A DNA stretch of 50,325 bases from Stramenopiles sp. TOSAG23-2 (lineage: Eukaryota): positions 1-50,325 of the forward strand of contig LT649269.1 of the NCBI GenBank assembly GCA_900128395.1. Reading direction: 5' to 3'. Under the pieces are notes generated by a model that saw only the letters and a program-made list of their open reading frames with translations, was not told the origin of the DNA and did not search any database. The first letter of the stretch is position 1, and the number at the start of each line of letters is the position of its first letter. This document shows, piece after piece, positions 10,491 to 21,933 of this stretch. Both the position numbers and the translations under genes were made by a program.

Positions 10491-11972
10491 ATGGTATATT
10501 TCAAAGTAATTGGAGCTGCAATATGTTTTGGGATATTCATATCTATTAATGGTATTTTTGGTATAGATATTCTTAAAGATCATGTATGGAACCAAGAGGT
10601 TTGCATCAAGACAAATAGTGGTGATTCATACTGCCAATTAGTTTATACTAGTGCAAAAAATCTAAGTGAAAGCGTACTAGATGCAAAGATCAATTTTTGT
10701 AAGCAAATAGAACATTCAAATATCGAAACGTGTTGTAATAATAAACTTTGTATTTCTAAAATGTTGACTTCTTTTGAAAATAAACTTCGCTATGGCATGA
10801 GAATTTTTGATCCACTTGCAGAATTAAATAGACGTCGCCAAGAGAACGATCTTTTGGTGGCATATATTGATGAAATTGTAGCAGCAAATGTTAATAATAA
10901 AATTGTTGATACGCATAAAATGATTTTTGTACAGGTTGGTGCGAATGTTGGCGCCACAATAAACGATCCGATATTCCCAATAATTACAAAAATGCCAAAT
11001 TTAAACTCATACGGTTTGTTATTTGAACCTAGTGTTTTTCATTACAAAGGTTTAAAATATAATTACAACGAATATAAAGATCGTGTTCAGATGATTAACA
11101 AAGCATTTTGCGAAACAGAGGGTCAAAGTACATTTTTGCATGCAAAGTTACCAGACGGTGATCCTGGTGTTGAAAAATCCCATACTGAGTTTAGTCCAAT
11201 TTTTGATTTCATGTATCGTACACATAAATCACAAATGTCCATCTTATCGAATGAAAAGAACTATCAAAAACTTACACGAACTGTGAAAGCTCCACATGTA
11301 GCAGCTTTTGATTGTATCAATTCCTTAGAAACGTATTTGAAACCCATCTATAATACTTGCAGTGCCTCTTCAATGTCTGCTCATGATATCGTTTTTGCAA
11401 TAGATGCAGAAGGTACTGATATAATTGTCTTAAGATATATTTTTAGTGAAAGGTATTATTCGATTTTCCCGCTTCCCCGAGTTATAGTATTTGAATTTGC
11501 ATTTATGCGCGGAAATGAATTAGCTGAAATCTTTCATGTGTTAGATTTGCATGGGTATATCTGTGATTTGTATACTTCTATGGATATTATTTGTACTATT
11601 CCTAAACAATGCAGACCAAATTATTACGTTGGACCTGCGTGTTGCAAATTAAACTCATTATGTTCAAAACTTTGTGGATTGAATACAAAATCCAATGGTG
11701 AAGAATCATGTAATGCTTTTAATGTTTTTGACAATAATCCAAGTACTGAGAAATCGTATGAAGATCCAAGCCTGGTAGGTGGCATTTTTGGCGAAGATTT
11801 TAAAATACATCATCCCAAAAATACAGCTGTGTTGATATGTGCAAAATTTTATGGAAAAGTTGATGCATGTAAAGACCGCATAATTCCCCATATAACAGGC
11901 TTATGGTTGCGGAATCATAGTGGTTTTAAAGTCATAACTGATAAGGGATTCTTCCGAATTCGTACATTATAA
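10491..11972 (+). CDS. FkbM-family SAM-dependent methyltransferase with N-terminal signal/anchor
   Basis: FVQVGANVG..DPIFP, LLFEP, IDAEGTD and VIVFE motifs; hydrophobic N-terminus. Confidence 0.7.
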   Translation: MVYFKVIGAAICFGIFISINGIFGIDILKDHVWNQEVCIKTNSGDSYCQLVYTSAKNLSESVLDAKINFCKQIEHSNIETCCNNKLCISKMLTSFENKLRYGMRIFDPLAELNRRRQENDLLVAYIDEIVAANVNNKIVDTHKMIFVQVGANVGATINDPIFPIITKMPNLNSYGLLFEPSVFHYKGLKYNYNEYKDRVQMINKAFCETEGQSTFLHAKLPDGDPGVEKSHTEFSPIFDFMYRTHKSQMSILSNEKNYQKLTRTVKAPHVAAFDCINSLETYLKPIYNTCSASSMSAHDIVFAIDAEGTDIIVLRYIFSERYYSIFPLPRVIVFEFAFMRGNELAEIFHVLDLHGYICDLYTSMDIICTIPKQCRPNYYVGPACCKLNSLCSKLCGLNTKSNGEESCNAFNVFDNNPSTEKSYEDPSLVGGIFGEDFKIHHPKNTAVLICAKFYGKVDACKDRIIPHITGLWLRNHSGFKVITDKGFFRIRTL

Positions 11973-12561
11973 AAAATTAAAATATGACTCTATATATTTA
12001 CCCGCGTAATATGATACACGATGTTTAATATATATATTATAATAAAGTGCCATTGAACCCGACGTCCAGCGCGTTCAACGAGAACGCAGGGAAGGAGAAT
12101 TATAGAAAAAACCTACTCATGCTTGTAGAGTATTAGTTTGCAGATGTGCATTTAAAGCTTTGCTATAATACAAATATGGTGTTACATTATGTTCTTATCC
12201 AGGGTGGACAACTTATAAGCGTTTGAGCGGACATTTGGGCGCCCACCACTCAGCCAAAAGTTGCAAAAATGATTTGATAATATGACATTATTATATTTCA
12301 AAATTGGGCTCCATTTTTTGTCTATTGCGAACGTAGATTTTAAACCATTTATTTTGAATATGATTGTACATAATTATATCATACGAGTATATATTCCTGA
12401 GATTGAGTATTGAGCGTATCATATGATATGCATAGTATTTACCACGGGAACTATCATATGATATGACATATCATATGATATGATATATGATATGCATAAA
12501 ATTATTACGAGTATAATTTATCATAGATTTTAATTCACACACACGATCACACAAAAATGTT

Positions 12562-14145
12562 TTAACACAATTTCAAAAACATAAACGGTATACCCGCATC
12601 AATATCGTCTTTAATACGAGATATTGTGACAATTGCCATCATAACGAGAGAAACCGAGATGACAACTCCTAATAAAGCAACAACAACTGCTTGCTTCCCC
12701 GTTCGCTTTAAATAACCTTGTATAAATTTTCGCCCAATTAAACCAGCAAAAAATGTTATCACTAAATACCACAAGAAGTAATCAAAACTATCTTGATTTG
12801 TAACAAGGTATTGCAAAGTTGCAGCACTAGCAGTAAATAGGGTCATACATGCTGTCGTTGCATTTGATACTACAGGGTTTAAACCAATTTCCAATAACAA
12901 TGGTCCAATTACCATGCCTCCACCGATCCCTAATAATGATGCTAATAACCCGGAGATGAAGAAGTAACTTGGCCAAACCATTGTATTTCGTTTTGTATAT
13001 TTAAGATCTCCATCCGCAAATATATAACCAACCTCAACTTTTTTCAAATATTCTTTATTCAATGCAAAAGCAGCAAATACTGTAAATATGACTAATGAAG
13101 GAATATATACCACGTTAATACCGATATATTCTGCTGTTCCACAAGTTAATCCAAAGCGTATGATCGATGCAATAATTAGGATAACACACCAACAAGCAAT
13201 TAATTTTCCGATAGTTTTCCATGGTTGTTTCGTTTCCTCATCCAGCAACTCTGTTAATTGCTCCGCTAGTGTTTTTTGTCGCTCCACGACTTGAACATCA
13301 GCAGTGTCAACGGTTTCACGTTCATTTGGACCCGGCATTGTATCTAAGTATAAACTTTTTTTACTATCAAGCACACGTTTTTGTTGCGAAGGTGTTAACT
13401 CTTTGTTATTTTTTTCAGCTTCCTTTGCAGCTTCCTCCCTTTCTTTTTGTTGCCTTGCAAATCGAAAATATTTTTGCCATGTACGTATACAAATTACAAT
13501 CAATAATATTAATAATGAGATGTAAATTAAAAGCGTTGGAAAGACTTTGTTCAAAATCTTTCCAGGCACCGTACCTAGCAATACTATCGGTTCCAGAAGT
13601 AACATTGTTTTGTAATCGATTAACGGACGATTTTCTTCTGGGTGCTTGCGTGGTGCAATCATAATAATCATGGCAATACTAAGACCCGTCGTTGCGCCAA
13701 GCGAGCGTTCAACTGCGCCTTTTCCCCATCCAAACAATATAAATAATGGGACATAAACGCCACCACCGCCAATACCTGCACCAGACGCAACTGCGCCGCC
13801 TAAAAATACTAAAAAGCTACTTAAGCCATCCCAAACCGTAAAAGGTTCAAAAAGTTTCTTCGTACGACACTCCATTTCGTGGGGATGTCTTTTTGCGTCA
13901 CCAGTCGGTAAACACGCGCGGTAAAATGCATCATTGCCTTGCTGACAATCCTCCGTTGTTCTACAAACCTGACATGTTGTGGCAGTGGAAGCACTTGAGT
14001 TCGCATCGGTAACTTTGTTGACGTAACATGCAAATCTTTCACACTCTTCCACTTGATTAATTTGATTACAACCTTTACCTAATTTAGTAGCTGAAGCAAT
14101 AGCAATGGATATAATAAATATATATAATATTATAGTAGGTTTCAT
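12562..14145 (-). CDS. TauE/SafE (sulfite exporter-like) membrane protein
   Basis: Two GIGGG motifs (GAGIGGGGVYVP; LLGIGGGMVIGPLLL), RPLIDY motif, multiple TM helices. Confidence 0.85.
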   Translation of the reverse strand: MKPTIILYIFIISIAIASATKLGKGCNQINQVEECERFACYVNKVTDANSSASTATTCQVCRTTEDCQQGNDAFYRACLPTGDAKRHPHEMECRTKKLFEPFTVWDGLSSFLVFLGGAVASGAGIGGGGVYVPLFILFGWGKGAVERSLGATTGLSIAMIIMIAPRKHPEENRPLIDYKTMLLLEPIVLLGTVPGKILNKVFPTLLIYISLLILLIVICIRTWQKYFRFARQQKEREEAAKEAEKNNKELTPSQQKRVLDSKKSLYLDTMPGPNERETVDTADVQVVERQKTLAEQLTELLDEETKQPWKTIGKLIACWCVILIIASIIRFGLTCGTAEYIGINVVYIPSLVIFTVFAAFALNKEYLKKVEVGYIFADGDLKYTKRNTMVWPSYFFISGLLASLLGIGGGMVIGPLLLEIGLNPVVSNATTACMTLFTASAATLQYLVTNQDSFDYFLWYLVITFFAGLIGRKFIQGYLKRTGKQAVVVALLGVVISVSLVMMAIVTISRIKDDIDAGIPFMFLKLC

Positions 14146-14463
14146 TGTTGGTGATGGTATTCCACTTTCGTCGTTTTATCTCGCTATGTATATATCGCTA
14201 TATGTCAATATATGATGAATATATTGATAATTAAATATATTATATATTGTATAACAATATTCATCTACAAGGACAGTGTCTATATAGAACAAATAAATAT
14301 TATATATATTAGACCGGGTTACTGTGTGGGTGTGGAGGATATTAAACTGTATTATTATACAAAAAACAATTGCTTAGAAGAAATAGTTTATGCGTGGATA
14401 GAATTACACGTACAATAACACATTCTAATTATTTTTTGTATAACAAAGAAAAAAAACGCAAAC

Positions 14464-16434
14464 ATGTCACGACCAAAGATGATCATTACAATTATATTTA
14501 TTATAATTTTAACCAATAATAATAATATTATTAGAGCACAAAGTATTGGAAAATATGCCAATACAGATTGTCCCACTGGGAGATATGGAAACGTTCCTAA
14601 TCAAAATACAATAGAACTCGGTTGTCCTGGTTTATGCAAAGAGGGTACATATGGTTTTCGCTATGTTGAAAAAGTATCAAATACGTGTGATAATAGTATT
14701 ACAACAGAGGTAGAATGTAATAAGGCAGCAACAGCTTTAAACTTAGCTGATAAGACATCTCAAAATGATGGTAAAGCACAATCAACAAATTCACCAACTG
14801 GGTGTTATCTTGAGGATGGTGAATTAAAATACAATAATAATACAGGGGGGTATGGTAATACCGGAAATTGCAAAACTAATCAAATATGCCTGTGTGATAA
14901 TTTAGGGCGAACGAATGAAAATGAAGCTTGTAAAAGTTGTCCACTTGGTAAATTTGGAAATAAAATTGGACAAACATCGATTGAAAATGCTTGCCCATCC
15001 ACATGTCCAAAAGGCAAACACGGTAAAGCAAGTGGGGCAAATCGTTCATCGGAAGTAAATGCATGTGAATGCAATGTTCAGAATGCCACGACATGTCCTG
15101 AATTATGCCCAGCTGGTAGATTTGCAAATTCAATTCAAGCAAAAGAAGCAAATGGATGTCCATCCTGTCCATCTGGTCGATATCATCCACATATTGAAAA
15201 GAAACAAACTGGTAAATGTAGTCATCCACTTTCGACTATTGTTGATTGCAACAAGGCGGCGGAATCACTGGGTTTAAGTGTTGTTACTGCTGAAAATGAC
15301 GGCTTGTATAATGCTGACTACGCCCCGTCTGGATGTTACTATTCAACAGATGTGAATAAATTATACGTAAATTTGCACAATAATAATAAAGGTAACTGTG
15401 GGGCAACACGCCAATGTATTTGCAACGAGCCTACTGTAATTATTGATAAATTATGCCCTAATTATTGTGATGTTGGTACATGGGGAAATGTAATGGGTCA
15501 AAAGTCAAAACATGCAGCATGCCCAAATACTTGTCCAACTGGTACAGAAGGTGTTACTCTTACAAGAGGTAGCGGAATATATGCATCATCTGAAGCAGTG
15601 GCTTGTGCAGCATGCGATCATGGAAAATTTGGTGCTGAATCTGGACTATGTGTAGATTGCCCAATAGGTTACACAGGTATTAGTGGAGGTGGCTGTAAAT
15701 TATGTGAGGGTAATACTTTTACAGATGATGAGGGAAATGAAGAATGTACAATTTGTGAAGATGGTAAAAAAATCAAAATGGAAGAAATGCCATCCGTTGG
15801 TTGCTTGTATTCAAATAGCAGTTTACCATGTGATATCAATGCGATTCATAATATTGGGTGCGAAGATGATCCAATTTGGACATATATTGGATTCGGATGC
15901 TTAGGCCTAGTTGCAATAAGTGTTTGCTATTGCACATTTGTGGCAGCAACTAAGAAACCACAATATGTTGATGCAGACGAATCTGCTGTAGCACAATGGA
16001 AAACTCGACCAAAAAATAATACAGGCACTTTTAACAGTTCAAACAAAATGTCTGCACGGGAACAAGAAGTAGAAGCTACAGCAGTTGCTATTGAATTATC
16101 CGATGGTAGAACACATACCGTAGACAGAGTTGTTGTAAACAAAAAAGTTAATTTGATCAAAATTAAATTACAATGGAAAAAACTGAAGGAAGGAGTTGTA
16201 GCAGCAACTACATCAAATGAATTGGTAATAGGATTTAAAAATATCAAAGAATTCTTGCGCAATTTCCCAACTGATCTTAACGGGAAATTTGAAATAAAAC
16301 AAAAAGATCTTTTGGATGTTGCTTCGAATAAAAAAGCTGTATCTAATTTAAGAAAAGAGATGGGTGTTCAAGATATATGGACAGAGGAGGTAGAAAATGC
16401 GGTTAAAGAAGCATTAAAATTTGCGGCTGTGTAA
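14464..16434 (+). CDS. Cys-rich single-pass surface protein (GCC2_GCC3/ephrin-receptor-like CPxG repeats)
   Basis: Signal peptide, many CPxG repeats, two 'CNKAAxxLxL...PxGCY' modules, one TM helix (WTYIGFGCLGLVAISV). Confidence 0.7.
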   Translation: MSRPKMIITIIFIIILTNNNNIIRAQSIGKYANTDCPTGRYGNVPNQNTIELGCPGLCKEGTYGFRYVEKVSNTCDNSITTEVECNKAATALNLADKTSQNDGKAQSTNSPTGCYLEDGELKYNNNTGGYGNTGNCKTNQICLCDNLGRTNENEACKSCPLGKFGNKIGQTSIENACPSTCPKGKHGKASGANRSSEVNACECNVQNATTCPELCPAGRFANSIQAKEANGCPSCPSGRYHPHIEKKQTGKCSHPLSTIVDCNKAAESLGLSVVTAENDGLYNADYAPSGCYYSTDVNKLYVNLHNNNKGNCGATRQCICNEPTVIIDKLCPNYCDVGTWGNVMGQKSKHAACPNTCPTGTEGVTLTRGSGIYASSEAVACAACDHGKFGAESGLCVDCPIGYTGISGGGCKLCEGNTFTDDEGNEECTICEDGKKIKMEEMPSVGCLYSNSSLPCDINAIHNIGCEDDPIWTYIGFGCLGLVAISVCYCTFVAATKKPQYVDADESAVAQWKTRPKNNTGTFNSSNKMSAREQEVEATAVAIELSDGRTHTVDRVVVNKKVNLIKIKLQWKKLKEGVVAATTSNELVIGFKNIKEFLRNFPTDLNGKFEIKQKDLLDVASNKKAVSNLRKEMGVQDIWTEEVENAVKEALKFAAV

Positions 16435-16661
16435 TTTTTAATAATACGCTTCCTAATATCGTACGAGTATCATATACGTATATATTGATGTTTAAAATCT
16501 AAGTTATACTCGTAATAATTATAATATATCTGGTAATAATTATATATATATACGCGGCAACGAATATAAGCTATAAGCTCCCGTGTGTATACGAAAATAT
16601 TTTTTTATAAAAAAAAAACAAACCCACACACATCATTTTTTTTACTCTTCATGCGCCACTT

Positions 16662-19600
16662 TTACTCCGTCGCCATCCCACTATCTTTACTACTTTTACA
16701 TAATAAACTGAAACTACTTGTTGGATCTTTCAATAAGTTTGCCGGGCTATCATACTCTACTACTTTACCTCCATCAAGCACTAATATCATGTCACTATCC
16801 ATAATTGTTTTCAGCCGATGAGCAATTATTAATGTTGTACACGAGAATTCATTGCGCAACGCTGTTTGAATAATATCATCAGTTTCCGCGTCACATGATG
16901 ATGTCGCTTCATCTAATAAAAGTACAGCTGGTCTCGTCAAAATGGTCCTTGCAAAGCAAATTAATTGTCGTTGCCCCACACTCAAATTGTTACCGCCATG
17001 CTCAATGTTAATATTCAATGCCGAACCGACTACACCTTGCTGTTTAGCCAACGTAGTAATAATATCGTTTAAACGCACTGCATTTAATGAATTCCATATA
17101 TCATTATCTGTGTATTCATCAAATGGATCTAAATTGAACCGTAGAGTGCCACTAAACAGGGTAGGGATCTGTGGTATCATTGCACAAATATTTCCTCGAA
17201 TTTGATTTAATGCACAATTTTTTAAATCAACATTGTTGACAAGAATGCTACCATCAGCAAGTTCGCGAAGTCTAAATAACGCATTTGCAATTGTTGATTT
17301 ACCAGCACCTGTTCTCCCGCAAATACCTACTCGAAAACCATTTTTTACTTTGAATGAAATTCCTTTTAACACAGGTTCTAATTCTGGTCTATATTTAAAC
17401 ACTACATTTTTAAATTCCAAATCCCCTTCCTTTGGTATGATCTGGTTGTTAACATCTTTATCATCTTCAAACCAACTTTTTGCATCCTCTGGTGGCAAAT
17501 CACTATATTCAAGTACACGTTCAACTGAACTAAGTTTTGCCTCAGCTTCTGTAGTGTTGATTATATTAAATGTCAAAGATGTAGTAAATTGGATGGACCA
17601 AAACACCGCTAGTCCAGCAAGACCGGGTGCTAAAAACCCTCTGGACAGCCAAACAGTTATGCTGGCAAACAAAGAAACATGAGCACACATGAACTCCAAC
17701 CTTACTCCCAGCCATCGATTAGCAGTAGCCTGAACTTTCACAACTGCAAGACTTTCTTCAATTTTTACATTTGTTCTGGATTTAAATTTTGTTTCCGCGT
17801 GATATGCCCTAATTGAATTTAATCCTTGCAATGCTTCAAAGAAACTTGCTTGTATCGGACTTCTTGTTGCAGAATCCAACCTTTGCAATTCAACGCAACT
17901 TGTGCGATAAAATTTATGTAATTTTAAATACAAAAACATTGTTGGTATTAATATAATAAATATAAAAGGCGATACGGAAACCATAATTACGGTTCCAGTT
18001 AATAGCCACATAGTGCTTGCAACTGAACCATTGATTCTTTGAAACAGCGCTGAATCAATCACCTCCGTATCAAAATTAAATCGATTGGTAATCCTCCCAT
18101 GTGGTGTCACTTCGAAAAAATTAACATCCGTACGTAATACACCATACAGTAATTTTTCAAATACTTTCTCTGCGGCTTTACATATGCACATAACAAATGT
18201 ATTTAATCTGCCAACAACAAATACAATCATTACAGAAACGCAGCAGATATAAACATATGAATACCACTTTGATACATCACCTGATGTTGCAGCTGGCCAT
18301 CCAAATCCAGGATCATTTTTTGGTGGTGCTTTCTCTGCACTTGACCAAACTGATAACCACCAATCACAAGTACCATAGGCGCCTCGCTCTAGCAGAAAAA
18401 GCATGGCCAAACAAGAGACCCATAAACGCCCACCGCCTAAACCAATAAATCGAAACACAACATTGAAATTTAAAGAGCCACGCTCACGGTTTTCATCTGT
18501 CATCAATTTTTTCCCTTTTTTACTTTGCATATACTCAATATTGGCCTTGTCGTTTTCCACAGAAGTTATTGAAGCGTTGCTATTACGATTTTGTAAGGTA
18601 ATATCTTCCCCGTCTTCTGTGTCTTCTTCTCCAGCATCTTGTTGTTGTTTGGCCAATTCGATTGTGATATCCTTCAGCGTATCTTGTATATGTTCTACCC
18701 TACCCATCGTCCCATCTTTCGTTAGAAAAACATGGGAACATTGAGGGAGAAAGTGTGTTGCGTGTGTAACCAAAATTCTTGCTACATCTTTTAAAATACT
18801 TTGTGGCCCAATTAACTTTTCAAATATATATTTAGCAGTATGTGCATCTAGTGCACTCAATGGATCATCCATTATTATCATTTGGGATTTTCCTATCAAA
18901 CATGCATATGCTGCTCTTGCTAAACTTACTCGTTGTTTCTGCCCACCTGATAATGTTACCCCTCGTTCCCCAATTATGGTCTGATCAAGTTCAGCAAATG
19001 ATTTTATATCAACCGTTAGCTGACACGCTTCAAGCACTTTTGTGTAAATATCCAAATTAAAATCATGATCAAATAAAATATTGTTTCTAACAGAACGATT
19101 TAATATCCATGCCGTTTGTGGCACTAATGATTTAACACCGTTTTGTACATAAATAGAACCATTCAAGCAATATGTTTCTCCTAAAATTGAATTGACAAAA
19201 AGCGATTTTCCAGAACCAACTTGACCAACAATTGCTATTAAATCGTTCCTCGTACAAATGAATTCATCTTTAACAGTTAAGCTAAAGCCTCCAATATTTG
19301 CCATCTTATTTTCTACATCTTGTTTCCTTTTCCCATCATCATCATCTTGTATCTTCGTTTGTTCTTGATTTGTTGCTAATTCTTTCATCGTCCACATAAA
19401 TGTGCTATTCGCGGTAATATTTATATATATTTTCTCTTCATCGCCGTTTCTTTCAATATCATCGTCATCATCTTTTCCTCGATTATTTTTCGAAAAATCA
19501 TCAACAGCTTGGTTTGACTGTTGAATAAAATTAGCAATACGTTGCAATGCAATAAAAGCTTGTGTACATACACTTAATATTTGTCCCAATTCCATCAATG

Positions 19601-20843
19601 GAAATCTTAAAACATTGAATAATGCCAATGTCCCAAATGCATTTGCAGCACTCAATGGTTTATCACTTAAATGGACATATGTTACAAATGTTAACATCAA
19701 ACTAACAATCGGAAACGATATTAATAACACGATAAAATTAGCAAATGCATATAATTCTTGGCGTATATATTTCACCTCGCCTTTTCTGACTTGTAAAATT
19801 TTCTCATAAAATTTACGTTCCCATGAAAAACATTTCACAGAATGTATTCCTTCGATTATTTCACTACATAATTCAACTCGTTTATCTGTTATTGGCATAT
19901 GCCCATCTCTCATTCTAGCAATTGCTTTCGCTATGTAAAAATTTACGGGTGCCATTAAACATAAAAACCCAACTCCAACTAATGATTCTGATCCTAATGT
20001 ACTTATTAATAAATACGTAGCTACAATTATTTGTGTCGGTGCACTCCATAATAAATGAATTGTAGGCATAACATCGTATAATTTTTGTGCATCATTACTC
20101 AATAAGTTAACAACAGCGCCAATTGATACACCATCCCTACTGTAACTAGCTGCGCTTCGAGATAATGCACTACGGAAGATAAGTGCAGATATTGTAGCCC
20201 GTTGTCGATTTCCAACATGATATAAAAAATTTTGGCAATGTTGATTACAAAGCGAACCGGTAACTAAACAAAAATATAAGCCAAATGCATAATATAAACC
20301 ATCAGAAGTGTTGCTGCCAACAGATATAATGATTCCACGCAACATCAATGGGGAAGTTAATTGCGCTACCATATAATAAAATGCCAAAAAAAATGTTGCA
20401 ACAAAAATTTTATAGTTCATACGAAATAATATTTTCATAAGTTTAAAGCTTGTTAGGTTCTCCTTATAAATATTTGCTTCATCAAATGATTTTAACAGCT
20501 CTTTGACAACATATTTTTCTTCTGTTGGTGGTATATCATCAATTGTTAACATGGTGCTTTTCACTTTTTGAATTAGTTTGGTTAAGTAGTGAAATGTCAA
20601 GCTTGAGAAAAACGACGCGTTTGTGCCAGATACATGTTTAATAAATTCTTCGTTATTGTTATTATTTTCATTAGTATTATTATTATTATTATTATTATTA
20701 TCATTTATTGTTGTATTAATCTTTCCATCTTTTATTTCATTGTTCATTTCTTCTTTTGTATTTTTGTTATTTCCCCGTCCATTTTTTTTCTCGTCCTCCG
20801 CGATAACTTCTTTGCTTACCTCCTCGTGTTCCTTTGTCGTCAT
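16662..20843 (-). CDS. ABC transporter, C family (MRP-like)
   Basis: TMD-NBD-TMD-NBD layout; GQVGSGKS, LSGGQKQR, DDPLSALD; GRTGAGKS, LSVGQRQL, LLDEATS. Confidence 0.95.
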   Translation of the reverse strand: MTTKEHEEVSKEVIAEDEKKNGRGNNKNTKEEMNNEIKDGKINTTINDNNNNNNNNTNENNNNNEEFIKHVSGTNASFFSSLTFHYLTKLIQKVKSTMLTIDDIPPTEEKYVVKELLKSFDEANIYKENLTSFKLMKILFRMNYKIFVATFFLAFYYMVAQLTSPLMLRGIIISVGSNTSDGLYYAFGLYFCLVTGSLCNQHCQNFLYHVGNRQRATISALIFRSALSRSAASYSRDGVSIGAVVNLLSNDAQKLYDVMPTIHLLWSAPTQIIVATYLLISTLGSESLVGVGFLCLMAPVNFYIAKAIARMRDGHMPITDKRVELCSEIIEGIHSVKCFSWERKFYEKILQVRKGEVKYIRQELYAFANFIVLLISFPIVSLMLTFVTYVHLSDKPLSAANAFGTLALFNVLRFPLMELGQILSVCTQAFIALQRIANFIQQSNQAVDDFSKNNRGKDDDDDIERNGDEEKIYINITANSTFMWTMKELATNQEQTKIQDDDDGKRKQDVENKMANIGGFSLTVKDEFICTRNDLIAIVGQVGSGKSLFVNSILGETYCLNGSIYVQNGVKSLVPQTAWILNRSVRNNILFDHDFNLDIYTKVLEACQLTVDIKSFAELDQTIIGERGVTLSGGQKQRVSLARAAYACLIGKSQMIIMDDPLSALDAHTAKYIFEKLIGPQSILKDVARILVTHATHFLPQCSHVFLTKDGTMGRVEHIQDTLKDITIELAKQQQDAGEEDTEDGEDITLQNRNSNASITSVENDKANIEYMQSKKGKKLMTDENRERGSLNFNVVFRFIGLGGGRLWVSCLAMLFLLERGAYGTCDWWLSVWSSAEKAPPKNDPGFGWPAATSGDVSKWYSYVYICCVSVMIVFVVGRLNTFVMCICKAAEKVFEKLLYGVLRTDVNFFEVTPHGRITNRFNFDTEVIDSALFQRINGSVASTMWLLTGTVIMVSVSPFIFIILIPTMFLYLKLHKFYRTSCVELQRLDSATRSPIQASFFEALQGLNSIRAYHAETKFKSRTNVKIEESLAVVKVQATANRWLGVRLEFMCAHVSLFASITVWLSRGFLAPGLAGLAVFWSIQFTTSLTFNIINTTEAEAKLSSVERVLEYSDLPPEDAKSWFEDDKDVNNQIIPKEGDLEFKNVVFKYRPELEPVLKGISFKVKNGFRVGICGRTGAGKSTIANALFRLRELADGSILVNNVDLKNCALNQIRGNICAMIPQIPTLFSGTLRFNLDPFDEYTDNDIWNSLNAVRLNDIITTLAKQQGVVGSALNINIEHGGNNLSVGQRQLICFARTILTRPAVLLLDEATSSCDAETDDIIQTALRNEFSCTTLIIAHRLKTIMDSDMILVLDGGKVVEYDSPANLLKDPTSSFSLLCKSSKDSGMATE

Positions 20844-20857
20844 TATTTATCACACAG

Positions 20858-21022
20858 TTGTTCTATTTTTATTTTTCCCGTAAGGATTGCCGCATTGATG
20901 TGTGTTGTATTTCTCGCTCAAAAGTCTATTCGAATATAGGCCTTATTATAAATTTATATATATTTTTTTGTTCTATTTTTATTTTTCCCGTAAGGATTGC
21001 CGCATTGATGTGTGTTGTATTT
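20858..21022. repeat. Direct duplication (about 55 bp) upstream of the ABCC gene
   Basis: ttgttctatttttatttttcccgtaaggattgccgcattgatgtgtgttgtattt at about 20858 and 20968. Confidence 0.9.
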
Positions 21023-21330
21023 AACAATATATATATAAAAAAGTTACTATAATAATTAAGGAACTGTGGTGGTGGTGGTTTATTATACTGAATAGTGTTA
21101 TCATCGTTGCAAATACACAAAATTAATAATCGTCCAACTAGTCCAACCTCCTCAAATTTTAGTTTCATCAGAGAGTGAATATTTAGGCCTGTGTGTATGT
21201 TATTGCTTAATAATGATATAATATTACCCTATTCTTAACTATAATAATCCGATTGGAGGTTAAGGTTTTTTGTTTTTTTTTGTTTTGTTTTTAATTTTTG
21301 AATTTAAATTTTTATGAATTTTTTCTTCGA

Positions 21331-21609
21331 ACAAAAAAAAAAAATAATTTTATTACAACAATTTATAATGAAAACTATATATATCCTTCTTAGTCGTGTT
21401 AGTGTGTTTGAAATAAGTAGTTGGTATAAAAAGGTTTACATATAGTTACAAACATATATATATATCATAACAAAAAAAAAAAATAATTTTATTACAACAA
21501 TTTATAATGAAAACTATATATATCCTTCTTAGTCGTGTTAGTGTGTTTGAAATAAGTAGTTGGTATAAAAAGGTTTACATATAGTTACAAACATATATAT
21601 ATATATCAT
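21331..21609. repeat. Tandem duplication (about 138 bp) upstream of CMC2
   Basis: Two near-identical adjacent copies. Confidence 0.9.
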
Positions 21610-21656
21610 TTTATCATCATTATTCATATTACAGAGCGATATACATATCTTTAGGA

Positions 21657-21914
21657 ATGCACCCACCATTAGGTAGACCACACCCAGAGTGCCAAAAAGT
21701 AGTCAACCAATTAATTTCTTGTCACGAAGACAATCCATTTACAAAATATTTCGGTGCATGTAATGATCATAAGGCTGCATTAGATTGGTGTTTTAAAAAA
21801 GAAAAACATAATAAACGTTCACAAAATTTTGCGAAATCAAAAGCATTTGATAAGAAGTGGGAGAAAATAAGAGAATTAAAAAGAAAAGAAAAAGAAGCTA
21901 GTAATAAGCAATAA
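21657..21914 (+). CDS. CMC2: COX assembly mitochondrial protein 2 (twin CX9C)
   Basis: MHPPL..HPECQKVVNQLISCH..FGACNDHKAALDWCF. Confidence 0.85.
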   Translation: MHPPLGRPHPECQKVVNQLISCHEDNPFTKYFGACNDHKAALDWCFKKEKHNKRSQNFAKSKAFDKKWEKIRELKRKEKEASNKQ

Positions 21915-21933
21915 TTGTATAATATATCAAAGT

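Noticed and set aside
12046-12270. Possible tRNA or ncRNA (ttgaac..gttcaa hairpin in a GC-richer patch)
   Set aside because: No cloverleaf or A/B boxes could be built, so it is unsupported without a covariance search.
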